From Candidatus Woesearchaeota archaeon (GTDB lineage: Archaea; Nanobdellota; Nanobdellia; Woesearchaeales; GW2011-AR4): 64,000 bases of DNA. How positions within the stretch are numbered: position 1 is the stretch's first letter; the number at the start of each line of letters is the position of its first letter. Below, piece by piece: positions 47,624-57,350 of the stretch. The stretch spans positions 64,365 to 128,364 of the forward strand of contig JACPIE010000040.1 of the NCBI GenBank assembly GCA_016188245.1, read 5' to 3'. The position numbers were made by a program, and so were the translations under genes. Under the pieces are notes generated by a model. It was given only the letters and a program-made list of their open reading frames with translations, did no database searches and was not told the DNA's origin.

Positions 47624-50320
47624 CTAAACCGTATGGATTATCCTCTTAACATTAACGATTCCGTTTTCTGACTTTGAGACGTCAATGCCGTCTTCGCCGT
47701 AGTCAAACTGGATGATTTTTTTGGATGCGTCCCTTACAGTATGGTCATACTCAACTTTCAGGTCCTGCATGGCGTTTGCAAGCCTCCTGTAAAGGTAGCC
47801 GCTTTTTGGCGTTCTCAGCGCAGTGTCCATCAGTGAATCTCTTCCAGTCATGGAGCCGAAGAAGAATTCAGACGGGGTTAACCCGGACTTAAAGCCGTCG
47901 CTTATAAAGCCGTGGGCATCCGGGCTTAGGTCATTTTTCTTAAAATGGGACAATGTTCTTTGATCATAGCCTTTCTCTATCCTCTTGCCCCTCATTGCCT
48001 GCTGCCCCACACATGCCGCCATCTGCGCCAGGTTAAGCAAATTCCCTCTTGCCCCGGACTCCGCCATGATCATTGTATTTGTCCTTTTGTCGGCGTGGTT
48101 TGCAACAGTCCTTCCGGTTTCATTTCTTGCCTTGTTTAAAATTTCAAGTATCCTGAGCTCCAGGGTTTCCTGCAGTGTCTTGCCGGGAAATGTATCAAGC
48201 TTCCCTTCCTTAAACTGGATTATCAAATTGTCAACTTCTTTTTTTGCCGAATCAAGGTCTTCCTTTATCTTCATTTTTGCAGATTCCGGCAAGTCGGTGT
48301 CCGACAATGCCGAAGTAAATCCGACTCTGAGCAGGTATTCTATTCCAAGCCTGAACACCTTGCCGAGGAAGTCTATGCTCAAGTCCTTGCCGTATTTTTG
48401 ATGGATGTTTCTCAGCATAAGCCCGGATTCTTCCCCAAGTGAATTTCTGTCCAAAACTCCGGAGACCAGCTTGCCGTCTTCTATCACAACATGGGTTTCC
48501 TTGTCGCATTTTTCTTTTGACCTGTCGCAAAGCCTTGAGTGCCCGCTGTAATTAAAATTGTCAGGCAGCAAAACGCTGAACACTTCCCTGCCGGCAACGA
48601 CAGATTTTCTTGGCAGTTTTGTGAAGTCGGCAACGCCAACTGCTGCCAGCAAATCGATAGCATCTTCCCTTTTCACTGAATTATCCCTTGAAAGCATGTA
48701 GTTGCCGGATATGGCATCCTGGGTGCACCCTATTATGCTCAGCCCATATCTCAATGAGACAAGCTGTGTCTGCACTTCCATCAAAATCTCAGCCTCTGCC
48801 CTCGCCTCCTCTGTTTGTGGGATGTGCAGGTTCATTTCATCTCCGTCAAAATCCGCATTATATGGCGTGCATACAGCCGGATTGAGCCTCAAAGTTTTTC
48901 CGGGCAATACCCTTACCCGGTGGCACATCATGCTCATCCTGTGCAGGCTTGGCTGACGGTTGAAAATTGCAACATCTCCGTCCATGAGGTGCCTCTCGAC
49001 AATATAGCCCGGCTGCAGCTCTTCCAAAGAAGTTTCCTTTGTTTCTTCTGTTATTTTTTTCTTCTTGCCGTCAGGCCTTATTATATAATTTGCTCCCGGA
49101 TACTTGTCAGGCCCTTTTTCAACAAACTGCTTTAGGTATTGGATATTCCATTCGTTGACCCTTTCAGGCACGGTAAGCTTGTTTGCAATGATGAAAGGCA
49201 CGCCGACTTCATAAAGCTCAAGCATTGGATCCGGAGAGATGACTGTTCTTGCAGAGAAATTTGTTCTTTTTCCTGCCAGATTGTGCCTTATCCTTCCTTC
49301 CTTGCTTTTTATCCTCTCGGTCAGTGTCTTTAATGGCTGGCCGCTCCTATGCCTTGCAGGAGGCAGCTGCGCAATGCTGTTATCAAAAAATGTAGTGACA
49401 TGGTACTGCAGCAGGTCCCACAAGTCCTCGACAATTATTTCAGGGGCGCCTGCATTTATGTTTTCAAAAAGCCTTTGGTTAATCCTCACAATGTCGCCAA
49501 GCTTGTGTGTTAAATCGTCTTCGCTCCTTTCGCCGCTTTCAAGGGTTATGCTCGGCCTCATAGTGACCGGCGGGATTGGCAAAATTGTCATAACCATCCA
49601 TTCCGGCCTTACATGGGGCACTTTCAGCCCAAAGATTTCACAATCCGCATCCGGAATTTTTTCAAGCCTTGCCCTTATTTCTATGGGGCTCAGTCTTTTC
49701 TCATCCTCCAAGAATGTTGTCGGCTTTTCCAGTGATAATTTTCTCTGCTTGGCCTTGCAGTTCGGGCATTTTGTAGCCGTCTTCAGGCCCGCTATAATCT
49801 CCTTTACCTTCTGCCTTCTTTCCTCAATGCCGTTTTCCTTTTCAATTTCGTCAAGCTCTTCCTTTATCTTGCCTATCTTGCCGTCAGGAATCAAAATCCT
49901 GCCGCAGTCCCGGCATGTGCACTTGGCCAAGGTCATTATTATGTTTACAAACTTCACGTGGATGATTGGCCTTGCAAGCTCTATATATCCGAAATGCCCT
50001 ATGCACTCTTTCAGCTTTGAGCCGCACGTCTTGCACCTCAGCCCAGGGTCAATGACTCCCAGCCTTATGTCCATCAAGCCGCCGTCAACAGGATAGCCTT
50101 CCTTGTCATACAATTCCGGAGTGACTATCTTGGCAGATGCCATCTTCCTGATCATTTTCGGGCTCAGTACGGAAAATGCAATGCTTCTGACCTGCTTGTA
50201 GATATGCTGCTCTTCCTCAATTCTTTCGGCTTTTGCCACTTTCGCTTCGCCGCCTTCAATAGCCTGCTTCACAGCTTCAATTTCCTGCTCTTCAGCCGCT
50301 TTTTTTTCTTCGTCTGCCAT
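47624..50320 (-). CDS. rpoA1: RNA polymerase subunit A' (Rpo1N)
   Basis: YNADFDGDEMN, FNRQPSLH, CIGHFG. Confidence 0.98.
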   Translation of the reverse strand: MADEEKKAAEEQEIEAVKQAIEGGEAKVAKAERIEEEQHIYKQVRSIAFSVLSPKMIRKMASAKIVTPELYDKEGYPVDGGLMDIRLGVIDPGLRCKTCGSKLKECIGHFGYIELARPIIHVKFVNIIMTLAKCTCRDCGRILIPDGKIGKIKEELDEIEKENGIEERRQKVKEIIAGLKTATKCPNCKAKQRKLSLEKPTTFLEDEKRLSPIEIRARLEKIPDADCEIFGLKVPHVRPEWMVMTILPIPPVTMRPSITLESGERSEDDLTHKLGDIVRINQRLFENINAGAPEIIVEDLWDLLQYHVTTFFDNSIAQLPPARHRSGQPLKTLTERIKSKEGRIRHNLAGKRTNFSARTVISPDPMLELYEVGVPFIIANKLTVPERVNEWNIQYLKQFVEKGPDKYPGANYIIRPDGKKKKITEETKETSLEELQPGYIVERHLMDGDVAIFNRQPSLHRMSMMCHRVRVLPGKTLRLNPAVCTPYNADFDGDEMNLHIPQTEEARAEAEILMEVQTQLVSLRYGLSIIGCTQDAISGNYMLSRDNSVKREDAIDLLAAVGVADFTKLPRKSVVAGREVFSVLLPDNFNYSGHSRLCDRSKEKCDKETHVVIEDGKLVSGVLDRNSLGEESGLMLRNIHQKYGKDLSIDFLGKVFRLGIEYLLRVGFTSALSDTDLPESAKMKIKEDLDSAKKEVDNLIIQFKEGKLDTFPGKTLQETLELRILEILNKARNETGRTVANHADKRTNTMIMAESGARGNLLNLAQMAACVGQQAMRGKRIEKGYDQRTLSHFKKNDLSPDAHGFISDGFKSGLTPSEFFFGSMTGRDSLMDTALRTPKSGYLYRRLANAMQDLKVEYDHTVRDASKKIIQFDYGEDGIDVSKSENGIVNVKRIIHTV

Positions 50321-50399
50321 TTTGTTGTTTGGGTTTTTATTTTATAATTGTTTTAATTTTATTTTTCTATTTATTTTGATTATTTTTTTAATTTTTTAG

Positions 50400-50750
50400 T
50401 TAATTTTTTTGTCCAATCTCTGCGATATGCTTATCTGAAACTTCTCTAGCTTTTGCTTCAACTTTTGCAAGATACTGATCTGCATCTTCTATCAATCTTC
50501 TAACCTGGGGGTTTGTCCCACCATACCAATTCTTTAACTTCCTATAATCCAACTCTCCAATTCTAACTTTATCTTCTTTTCCTTCAAACATTAAAAGTAC
50601 TGGTTGTCCGCCAAATGGAACAAAAGCAGCAACATGACATTCAGCTTCCAATAAACTGTAATCAGCTAACTGATCAAATGAGATAATTGTATCGATATGT
50701 GCTCCTTGAGTCACAAATCTCATAACCTGAATCGGTTTATTTTCTGGCAT
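50400..50750 (-). CDS. Orphan hypothetical protein between rpoA'' and rpoA'
   Basis: 116 aa, AT-rich codon usage. Confidence 0.65.
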   Translation of the reverse strand: MPENKPIQVMRFVTQGAHIDTIISFDQLADYSLLEAECHVAAFVPFGGQPVLLMFEGKEDKVRIGELDYRKLKNWYGGTNPQVRRLIEDADQYLAKVEAKAREVSDKHIAEIGQKN

Positions 50751-50877
50751 TTTTATTTTTTAGGCATTGTACAATTTTAGTTTAGTGATTTTATAGTCAA
50801 TGTGAATTTTATTTTTTAATTTCTTTTTCTGTTGATTTCCCAACGCATTATTTTAAAATTTAAAATATAAAAAATTT

Positions 50878-52038
50878 TTATTTCTCTTTCGCGGCTTTCT
50901 GCGGCGCTTTTACAGTCAATCCAGGGAGCCCTGTTCCGATAGGAATTGCCTGGTTGATCATGACGTTTTCAACAACTGAGTCGAGATTGTCAACTTCTCC
51001 CACAAGGGCTGCATTTATTATGTGTTTTATCGGCGTTTCAAATGACGCTCTTGCCAAAACGCTTGATTTCTCGCTTACAACCCCATATCTTGTGATGCCC
51101 TTGACTGTGCCGCTGACGCACATTGTATCTGCCACAAGCATGATGTGCCTGACATCAACATTCAGGCCCTGGCTCTCTATGACTTTCAGTATCTCATTGA
51201 TAATGGCCTGGCGGGCAGCTTCTATTCCAAGCACGTGCTCGATTTCGAAAAGATTGTTGGTCGTTGTCCTGTAGGCATCAACTTCCTCGAGCTGCAGGAT
51301 ATCTGCCAGATTGGAGCCTGCAGTGATTATAACAAACTCTTCCTCTCTTTTTACAGGGAGCACCTGGAAGATTCCCTTAATCCCTTTTACGTTTATCTCC
51401 TTTATCTTTTCCTTCGTTTTGTAAGAGTCATTGAACGAGTCTTCCTTGCTCCTGGCTTTCAGCACAATCGAATCCTTGTTGTCCCTTAAGTTGTAGCCTT
51501 TCAGCTGCTTGGAGATTGCATCAAGGACTTTGCCGGTTGTAAGGTCAATTTCTTTCATCTTGTCCTTGTCAAGCTTCACTTCAATTGTCAGGTCGGCAAT
51601 GTTGATTGTGAATTCTGTTGCTATGTCCTTCAGCTTTGTCTCCTTGATTTGAAGCGCCAAATGCCTCAAATCTTCTATTTTTTTGCCTGTTGCAAAAGGC
51701 TTTTTCAGGTAAATCTCCATCATAGGGTTGTCGAGCTCTTTCCTACCGTCAAGGATTTCAATAATCCTCGGCAGTCCCAATGTCACATTCATCTCCGCAA
51801 CTCCGGCAAAATGGAAAGTGTTCAATGTCATCTGTGTGCCTGGCTCGCCGATAGATTCCGCTGCAATCAGCCCAACTGATTCGCCAGGGGCAACTCTGGA
51901 GTTTTTGTATTCCTCACAAGTCGCTTCGAGAAGCTTCTTCAATTTAGTTTCGCTGATGCCTTTTGCAATGCTATTCCTGACATCCTCGATTATTTTGGGC
52001 GGAAGCCTGTCTTCATACTCTGAGATTATGTCTGCCAT
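50878..52038 (-). CDS. rpoA2: RNA polymerase subunit A'' (Rpo1C)
   Basis: [22 protein letters not shown]. Confidence 0.98.
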   Translation of the reverse strand: MADIISEYEDRLPPKIIEDVRNSIAKGISETKLKKLLEATCEEYKNSRVAPGESVGLIAAESIGEPGTQMTLNTFHFAGVAEMNVTLGLPRIIEILDGRKELDNPMMEIYLKKPFATGKKIEDLRHLALQIKETKLKDIATEFTINIADLTIEVKLDKDKMKEIDLTTGKVLDAISKQLKGYNLRDNKDSIVLKARSKEDSFNDSYKTKEKIKEINVKGIKGIFQVLPVKREEEFVIITAGSNLADILQLEEVDAYRTTTNNLFEIEHVLGIEAARQAIINEILKVIESQGLNVDVRHIMLVADTMCVSGTVKGITRYGVVSEKSSVLARASFETPIKHIINAALVGEVDNLDSVVENVMINQAIPIGTGLPGLTVKAPQKAAKEK

Positions 52039-52074
52039 TGTGTTTTGTTATTTTATTTTTTCAAAATTTTATTA

Positions 52075-53877
52075 TCAGTACTTGCTCTCCAGCTGCAGCT
52101 TCGGATAAATCCCCAGTGACTTGAACTCATCAAGCATCAGCTTGAAGGCATAGCTTATCTCTATGTCATTCACGTCGACATTCTCGCCGCAAACCGGGCA
52201 GTATGACTTGTTCCTGTAGTTATCCCTTATTGCAATGATTCCGCAGCTGTCGCACACCGGAACAACTGTCTTGTCGCTGTCAAACCTTTCCTTCAAAAGC
52301 AATGAAGCTCCGTGGGCCACAAAAGTGTCTTTCTCCATTTCTCCCAGCCTTAATCCGCCTTCTTTTGCCCTTCCCTCTGTAGGCTGCCTTGTAAGCAGCT
52401 GGATTGGGCCTCTCGCTCTTGAATGTATTTTGTTTGCAACCATGTGCTTTAATTTCAGATAGTACATGTCTCCAATGAATATTTTTGCGTGGTATTGCTC
52501 GCCGGTCTGCCCATTGTACATTGTTTCAACGCCGCTTTCTCTGAATCCAAGGGAAAGCAATTCTTTTCTCAGCCTTTCCTCCGGCTCCGCATCAAAAGTG
52601 GTCCCGTTGATGTGCCTCCCTGCCAAAGCGCCAACTTTACCGGCCACCATTTCAATCAGATGCGATATGGTCATTCTTGAAGGTATTCCATGAGGGGAAA
52701 ATATCAAATCCGGCACTATTCCGGATGCCGAGAAGGGCATATCGCTTTGCGGAACTATCAGGCCGACAATTCCTTTTTGGCCGTGCCTGCTGGTGAATTT
52801 GTCGCCTACTTCAGGGACTCTTTCGTCCCTTAGCCTTACCTGCACAAGCCTGTTGCCTTCTTCATTTTCTGTTATCAGGACAAAATCTACAACGCCTTCT
52901 TCTCCATGCTTTAAGTTTATGGAGCTTTCCCTTCTTGTGCTTGAGGCAAGGGAATACTCTTCCATTGAGCTTAAGAACCTCGGAGGGGAAGTCTTTCCGA
53001 TGACTACATCCCCTTCCTTGACTTTTGCTTCAGGATAGATTATCCCGTCGTCCTCCAAAAACCTGTAGTCTTTTTCAGTTTTGTAGCCCTTGACTTCTTT
53101 ATCCGGAATGCAGACCTGGTCAATTAAGCCGCCTGCATACCTGAGCTCTTCTGCAATGCTTGGCCTGTAATAGGTGGATCTTCCCAGCCCTTTTTCAATA
53201 GAGCCCTTATTGAGCACGATTGCGTCTTCCATGTTGTAGCCTTTGTAGCTCATTATTGCAACAACCAGGTTTTGGCCGGCAGGATGCGTATCATACTTTG
53301 AGATATCGTGCATTATTGTATTCACTATGGGCCTTTGCGGATAGTGCATCAAATTGACGTCCATGTCCATCCTAACGGCAAAGTTGGAGGCGTAGAATCC
53401 CAATGCCTGCTTTTGGTTTTTTGAGCCCGCGTTAAGCCTTGTTGACTGGTTAAAGTTTCCATACGGGACAAGGGACGTGCAATAGCCAAGCATTCCCAAA
53501 GGAGTTATCTCGAGATGTGTATGCTCTGGCGTTAATTCGCTCTCAAAAAAGGCAATTAATGAGTTCTCTTCTTCTGCGGCATCAAGATATTCAATGACCC
53601 CTTGCTTCACCAAGTCCGACCATGAAATTTCATTTTTTTCCAATTGCTTTATGTGCTTTTCTGTGAGCAAAGGCACCCCGTCCTTGATAATTATTAATGG
53701 CCTTCTTGCCCTTCCCTTTGAGCTTTCAAGCTGCACCTCGTTTGCCCTCTCATTGTAGTGGACATTAAGCTTGTCAGGCACAGAGCCTTTTCTCCTCTCT
53801 TCCCTTAGTTTCTGCACAAATTCGATCGGGTTGTCAATATTTCCGACAAATTTGCTGTTGAGGTATACTTCTGCCAT
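52075..53877 (-). CDS. rpoB1: RNA polymerase subunit B' (Rpo2C)
   Basis: GDKFTSRHGQKG, GGLRLGEMEKD. Confidence 0.98.
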   Translation of the reverse strand: MAEVYLNSKFVGNIDNPIEFVQKLREERRKGSVPDKLNVHYNERANEVQLESSKGRARRPLIIIKDGVPLLTEKHIKQLEKNEISWSDLVKQGVIEYLDAAEEENSLIAFFESELTPEHTHLEITPLGMLGYCTSLVPYGNFNQSTRLNAGSKNQKQALGFYASNFAVRMDMDVNLMHYPQRPIVNTIMHDISKYDTHPAGQNLVVAIMSYKGYNMEDAIVLNKGSIEKGLGRSTYYRPSIAEELRYAGGLIDQVCIPDKEVKGYKTEKDYRFLEDDGIIYPEAKVKEGDVVIGKTSPPRFLSSMEEYSLASSTRRESSINLKHGEEGVVDFVLITENEEGNRLVQVRLRDERVPEVGDKFTSRHGQKGIVGLIVPQSDMPFSASGIVPDLIFSPHGIPSRMTISHLIEMVAGKVGALAGRHINGTTFDAEPEERLRKELLSLGFRESGVETMYNGQTGEQYHAKIFIGDMYYLKLKHMVANKIHSRARGPIQLLTRQPTEGRAKEGGLRLGEMEKDTFVAHGASLLLKERFDSDKTVVPVCDSCGIIAIRDNYRNKSYCPVCGENVDVNDIEISYAFKLMLDEFKSLGIYPKLQLESKY

Positions 53878-53970
53878 TTTTGTTCAGTTTTTATTTTGAA
53901 TTATTTTTATTTTTTGATTGCAGTTTATTGATTTTTGCTTTAATATTTATTTCCGGCTATCGTTCAGAGT

Positions 53971-55458
53971 TTATTTTATCGTCTTTACTCCCATTGACTT
54001 GAGCGATTTCAAAATTTCGTCTTCGCTTGTGTCTCCGGATATCGTGCACAGCAGCGCAAGGTTTTTTCTCAGCCCGATGTTTGTCCCTTCAGGAGTTTCT
54101 ATCGGGCACAGCCTTCCAAGGTGGGTTGTATGGAGCTCCCTTGCCTCAAAATTTTCCTGCGAAGCGCTTAGCGGGCTTACAACTCTCTGGAGGTGGGACA
54201 AAGTTTCAAGGTAGTTAAGCCTTTGAATTCTTTGGCTTATTCCTTTTCTGCCGCCTACCCAGACTCCGGTTGCCATTGATGAATATATCCTCTGGGTAAG
54301 CAATTTGTCCCTTATTATGACTTTTATCGACGGAAATTTTCCCCTCTTGACTATTCTCTGGAAATTGTAAAGCAGATCCCCTATCAAAACTTTCAGATTC
54401 AGCCTGAGAAGGTCTGCGAGCAAATCGCCGCTCATCTTGAGCCTCTTATTAATGTAGTGGTCTTTGTCATCCAGTGGGATCTCATTATTTGATGCAAGCA
54501 TATACTTCTTCAGCATTTTGCACAAGTTGTATGCCTTTGATATCCTGTCTTCCGGCTTTATGCCGAGATGAGGCAGCAAATATTTGTCAAGGATTTCCTT
54601 CATCCTGTCTATCCTCACTTCTTTTGACTGGGTAATCCCTATTTTCTTGGCTATGTAGTCCAAAGCATCCTCTTCATTTTTTATGTCGACAAACTCAAGC
54701 AGGTTGATTATTACTTCATCAAACTGCCTCTCGGGCGATATGAATTTTGTTATTTCCTCGTCTTTAAGCAGTCCAAGCGCCTTGACAACAACAATAATCG
54801 GGATCCTCTTGACCCTGGTAAATGTGATGTAGAACAAGCCGTCTTTCATCTTCTCAACAGTATGGGGAATCTTGAAAGAGCCGTATTCTGAAAACAGCTT
54901 TCCGACAATTTCGCTTGGGCCTGTCGCATCCCTTTCAGTCAAAAACCTGTTTGAAGCCAGGTCCTCTATTGTTATGAGGACTTTTTCTGTGCCATTGATG
55001 ATGAAGTAGCCGCCTGGCTCGTCAGGGTCTTCACCTCTCGCAATCAGCTCTTCCCTGCTTAGCTTATGAAGGTGGCACCATCTGCTTTTCAGCATTATTG
55101 GCAGGTTCCCAATCTGTGTGTCGAAGCTTTCACGCTGAACCCCATTAATGTGGGCGCTCACCGTAATCCAGCATGGCGCAGAATAAGTTATTTTTCTCAG
55201 CCTTGCCTCCATGGGGTAGATGTTCCTGCTTGACCCGTCAGCTTCTATCATCTTCGGCTTTTCCACCCAGATCTTGTCTAGCTTTATTTTGAATTCGTCA
55301 ATGTTGTGGGGGATGATTGTCGGAATGATCTCCCTGTTTTCTTCAATGATGTTGATAAGCTCCTTGTCTATGAAGTTGTTAAAAGACGCTATGTCGGAAT
55401 CTACAAAGCTTTGCTCTTCAAAATATTTTTGGATAAGTGTTTTGCCGTATTTATACAT
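53971..55458 (-). CDS. rpoB2: RNA polymerase subunit B'' (Rpo2N)
   Basis: GGYFIINGTEKV, CPIETPEGTNIGL. Confidence 0.98.
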   Translation of the reverse strand: MYKYGKTLIQKYFEEQSFVDSDIASFNNFIDKELINIIEENREIIPTIIPHNIDEFKIKLDKIWVEKPKMIEADGSSRNIYPMEARLRKITYSAPCWITVSAHINGVQRESFDTQIGNLPIMLKSRWCHLHKLSREELIARGEDPDEPGGYFIINGTEKVLITIEDLASNRFLTERDATGPSEIVGKLFSEYGSFKIPHTVEKMKDGLFYITFTRVKRIPIIVVVKALGLLKDEEITKFISPERQFDEVIINLLEFVDIKNEEDALDYIAKKIGITQSKEVRIDRMKEILDKYLLPHLGIKPEDRISKAYNLCKMLKKYMLASNNEIPLDDKDHYINKRLKMSGDLLADLLRLNLKVLIGDLLYNFQRIVKRGKFPSIKVIIRDKLLTQRIYSSMATGVWVGGRKGISQRIQRLNYLETLSHLQRVVSPLSASQENFEARELHTTHLGRLCPIETPEGTNIGLRKNLALLCTISGDTSEDEILKSLKSMGVKTIK

Positions 55459-55696
55459 CTGACACCACCCTGTAGAAAACTGCATCTCCGGCAGTCGGGC
55501 TTTTTCTTATGATTTTGACAATGTCGCCAGGCTTTGCCTCAAGCTCTTTTATGGCAGAATCAGTCTTCTGTATTTTTGGAAGCTCCTTGGAAGTAACGTG
55601 GTATCTTTCCAGCAGCTGTGCCTTTTCTTTTTCGCCAAGCTTAAGGTGTTTTGGAGTAAGTGTATGCTTATCGACTTTGAATTTGGGTTTTTTCAT
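55451..55696 (-). CDS. rpoH: RNA polymerase subunit H (Rpo5)
   Basis: HTLTPKH, LPKI..TD, GDIVKIIRKSPTAG...YRVV. Confidence 0.96.
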   Translation of the reverse strand: MKKPKFKVDKHTLTPKHLKLGEKEKAQLLERYHVTSKELPKIQKTDSAIKELEAKPGDIVKIIRKSPTAGDAVFYRVVSDV

Positions 55697-55846
55697 CTTT
55701 TGGTTGCCACTGTTCCAAATCAAGTGGAACGCGAGTGAGCTTCGTTTTTGCGAATTCGCTCACAACTCACTGTGGATTTTAGTTTTGTTGAATCAGCTTT
55801 TCAATGCTGATTCTTATTTTTTGAATTTTTGTGTGATTTTCAAAAG

Positions 55847-56026
55847 TGGGCCGGACGAGACATGCGTGGCTTCGAGACACGCTCGCGTGCCATTTCGGAC
55901 TCGCGACCACCTGATTAAAAGTTTCACCAATGAACTGCCTGAAATTTTTCCAGACTCGGTTCAACACAGGTGCTCTTTCCTGCATGCAAGTTAAGGCTTG
56001 CAGGTACCAGGCTGAGCTACCGGCCC
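55847..56026 (-). tRNA. tRNA-Lys(TTT) with three introns
   Basis: Exons 56026-56006, 55976-55967, 55922-55894 and 55860-55847 join to a 74-nt cloverleaf GGGCCGGTAGCTCAGCCTGGTAGAGCACCTGACTTTTAATCAGGTGGTCGCGAGTCCGAATCTCGTCCGGCCCA. Each intron has a BHB-like junction. Confidence 0.88.
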
Positions 56027-56039
56027 ATGAGCATAAAAG

Positions 56040-56206
56040 CGCCCTGGTCGGGACTTTCAAGCGAAACCTTTGCAGGCTGCAATTTTTGAACCCGAGTCGG
56101 AGCCGTTTTGCGGCATTATTCATGCCACGACAGGGCTCCATGATGGTTCCTGCAGCAATAATTGTTTATGGCCTTTTTATGCTGATCCAGGCTACACTAC
56201 CAGGGC
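56040..56206 (-). tRNA. tRNA-Asp(GTC) with three introns
   Basis: Exons 56206-56186, 56146-56128, 56105-56085 and 56053-56040 join to a 75-nt GCCCTGGTAGTGTAGCCTGGACCATCATGGAGCCCTGTCGCGGCTCCGACTCGGGTTCAAATCCCGACCAGGGCG, with G73 and BHB-like junctions. Confidence 0.88.
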
Positions 56207-56571
56207 AAATAGCCGGTAAAAAGGTATAGGAACCCCACATTAGCAAAATTGACAATGAAATCATAGTCTTTTGTCTAAAGAAGGATTATTTCCCATCATA
56301 AATGGGAGACTAAAGTTATTTATAAAGCTTTTGGAATCTGATATATGAAATTCAAAAGAGCCCGAAAATTCATAGAATTTGCATGGTTGCGGATTTTTTT
56401 GATTGCTTAAATGGGGTTTATACTCTGCAGCTTGCTGCGATATTTTAACTCAATTTGAGGCTTAAAAATCCCCACAGTTTGCTGTGATTGGGATTTTAAT
56501 TTTTCTAGGGTTTTATTACTAATCAGACTACAAGGAAAAAAATTTAAAAACATCAAAGAATTTCAAAGATT

Positions 56572-57117
56572 ATGAAGCGAATGGAGTTATATGAGGGTGG
56601 ACCTGATTTAGATAGGCGTGTTGCACTAATCCCTCCTGTCATCGAAATTGCCGTTACTATGCTCCCTTATCAAAAAAGTATGATTGCAATTCATAGTCCA
56701 CAGCTGCATACTGGTAAAATTGAAGATAAGATAAGGAAAAGATATGTAGAGGGGGATCCTGACTTTGCTTATTGGATTTTATCTGACAAAACAATAGGGA
56801 GTTTTGCTGCATATGGGCACAGAATAAGCAAACTTGCAAAGCTAATAGCGGAGTTTTTAGATGGCAACACACGGGCGGATGGCTCTTTGCCGCAATTAAT
56901 ATACCTGGGGACAGGCATAGAGATAGATGAAAATGGGGGATTGGTCAAAGATGGAGAAACATTAAGAATCCATGAACCTGAATCAGTAAACTATTTTCCG
57001 AGTGATACTTATTTGCCAACTCCATCGTCCCTTGATAAGCTGAAAGAAGCAGTTAAGGCCGAGTTCGAAATATTACAAAGGTTAAAACGAACTTCACTTT
57101 TAAAGAAAGTTAGCTGA
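56572..57117 (+). CDS. Hypothetical protein
   Basis: 181 aa ORF with upstream TTTAAAAA box. Confidence 0.65.
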   Translation: MKRMELYEGGPDLDRRVALIPPVIEIAVTMLPYQKSMIAIHSPQLHTGKIEDKIRKRYVEGDPDFAYWILSDKTIGSFAAYGHRISKLAKLIAEFLDGNTRADGSLPQLIYLGTGIEIDENGGLVKDGETLRIHEPESVNYFPSDTYLPTPSSLDKLKEAVKAEFEILQRLKRTSLLKKVS

Positions 57118-57192
57118 TTTGCGATTGTCAAAATTTAATGATTTATTTTTAATCCCGCAACATTTAAATATAAAAATCAAATTCTATAATTA

Positions 57193-57303
57193 ATGAAAAG
57201 AAGCTCTCGTCGGTGGAAGAAAAAGCAGCAGATGCGCTGGAAATGGCAGCGAAAGAGAATGAAGAAAGAGAGAAGGCTGAGAAAGCAGCACAGGGCTGGG
57301 TAA
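57193..57303 (+). CDS. rpl41e: Ribosomal protein eL41 (eS32)
   Basis: Manual translation MKRSSRRWKKKQQMRWKWQRKRMKKERRLRKQHRAG; the MRWKW..KRM core is typical. TTTAAATA box upstream; below the ORF-track cutoff. Confidence 0.85.
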   Translation: MKRSSRRWKKKQQMRWKWQRKRMKKERRLRKQHRAG

Positions 57304-57350
57304 ATAGTTTTTCCAGATAGATTTTTAAATGATCCTACCTTACCAAAGAG

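Noticed and set aside
45253..55512. Many antisense ORFs over rpo/rps genes (e.g. 49239..50096)
   Set aside because: Shadow frames of highly conserved genes on the opposite strand.
55779..56229. ORFs 55779..56141 (-) and 55930..56229 (+)
   Set aside because: They overlap the two intron-containing tRNA genes and are spurious translations.
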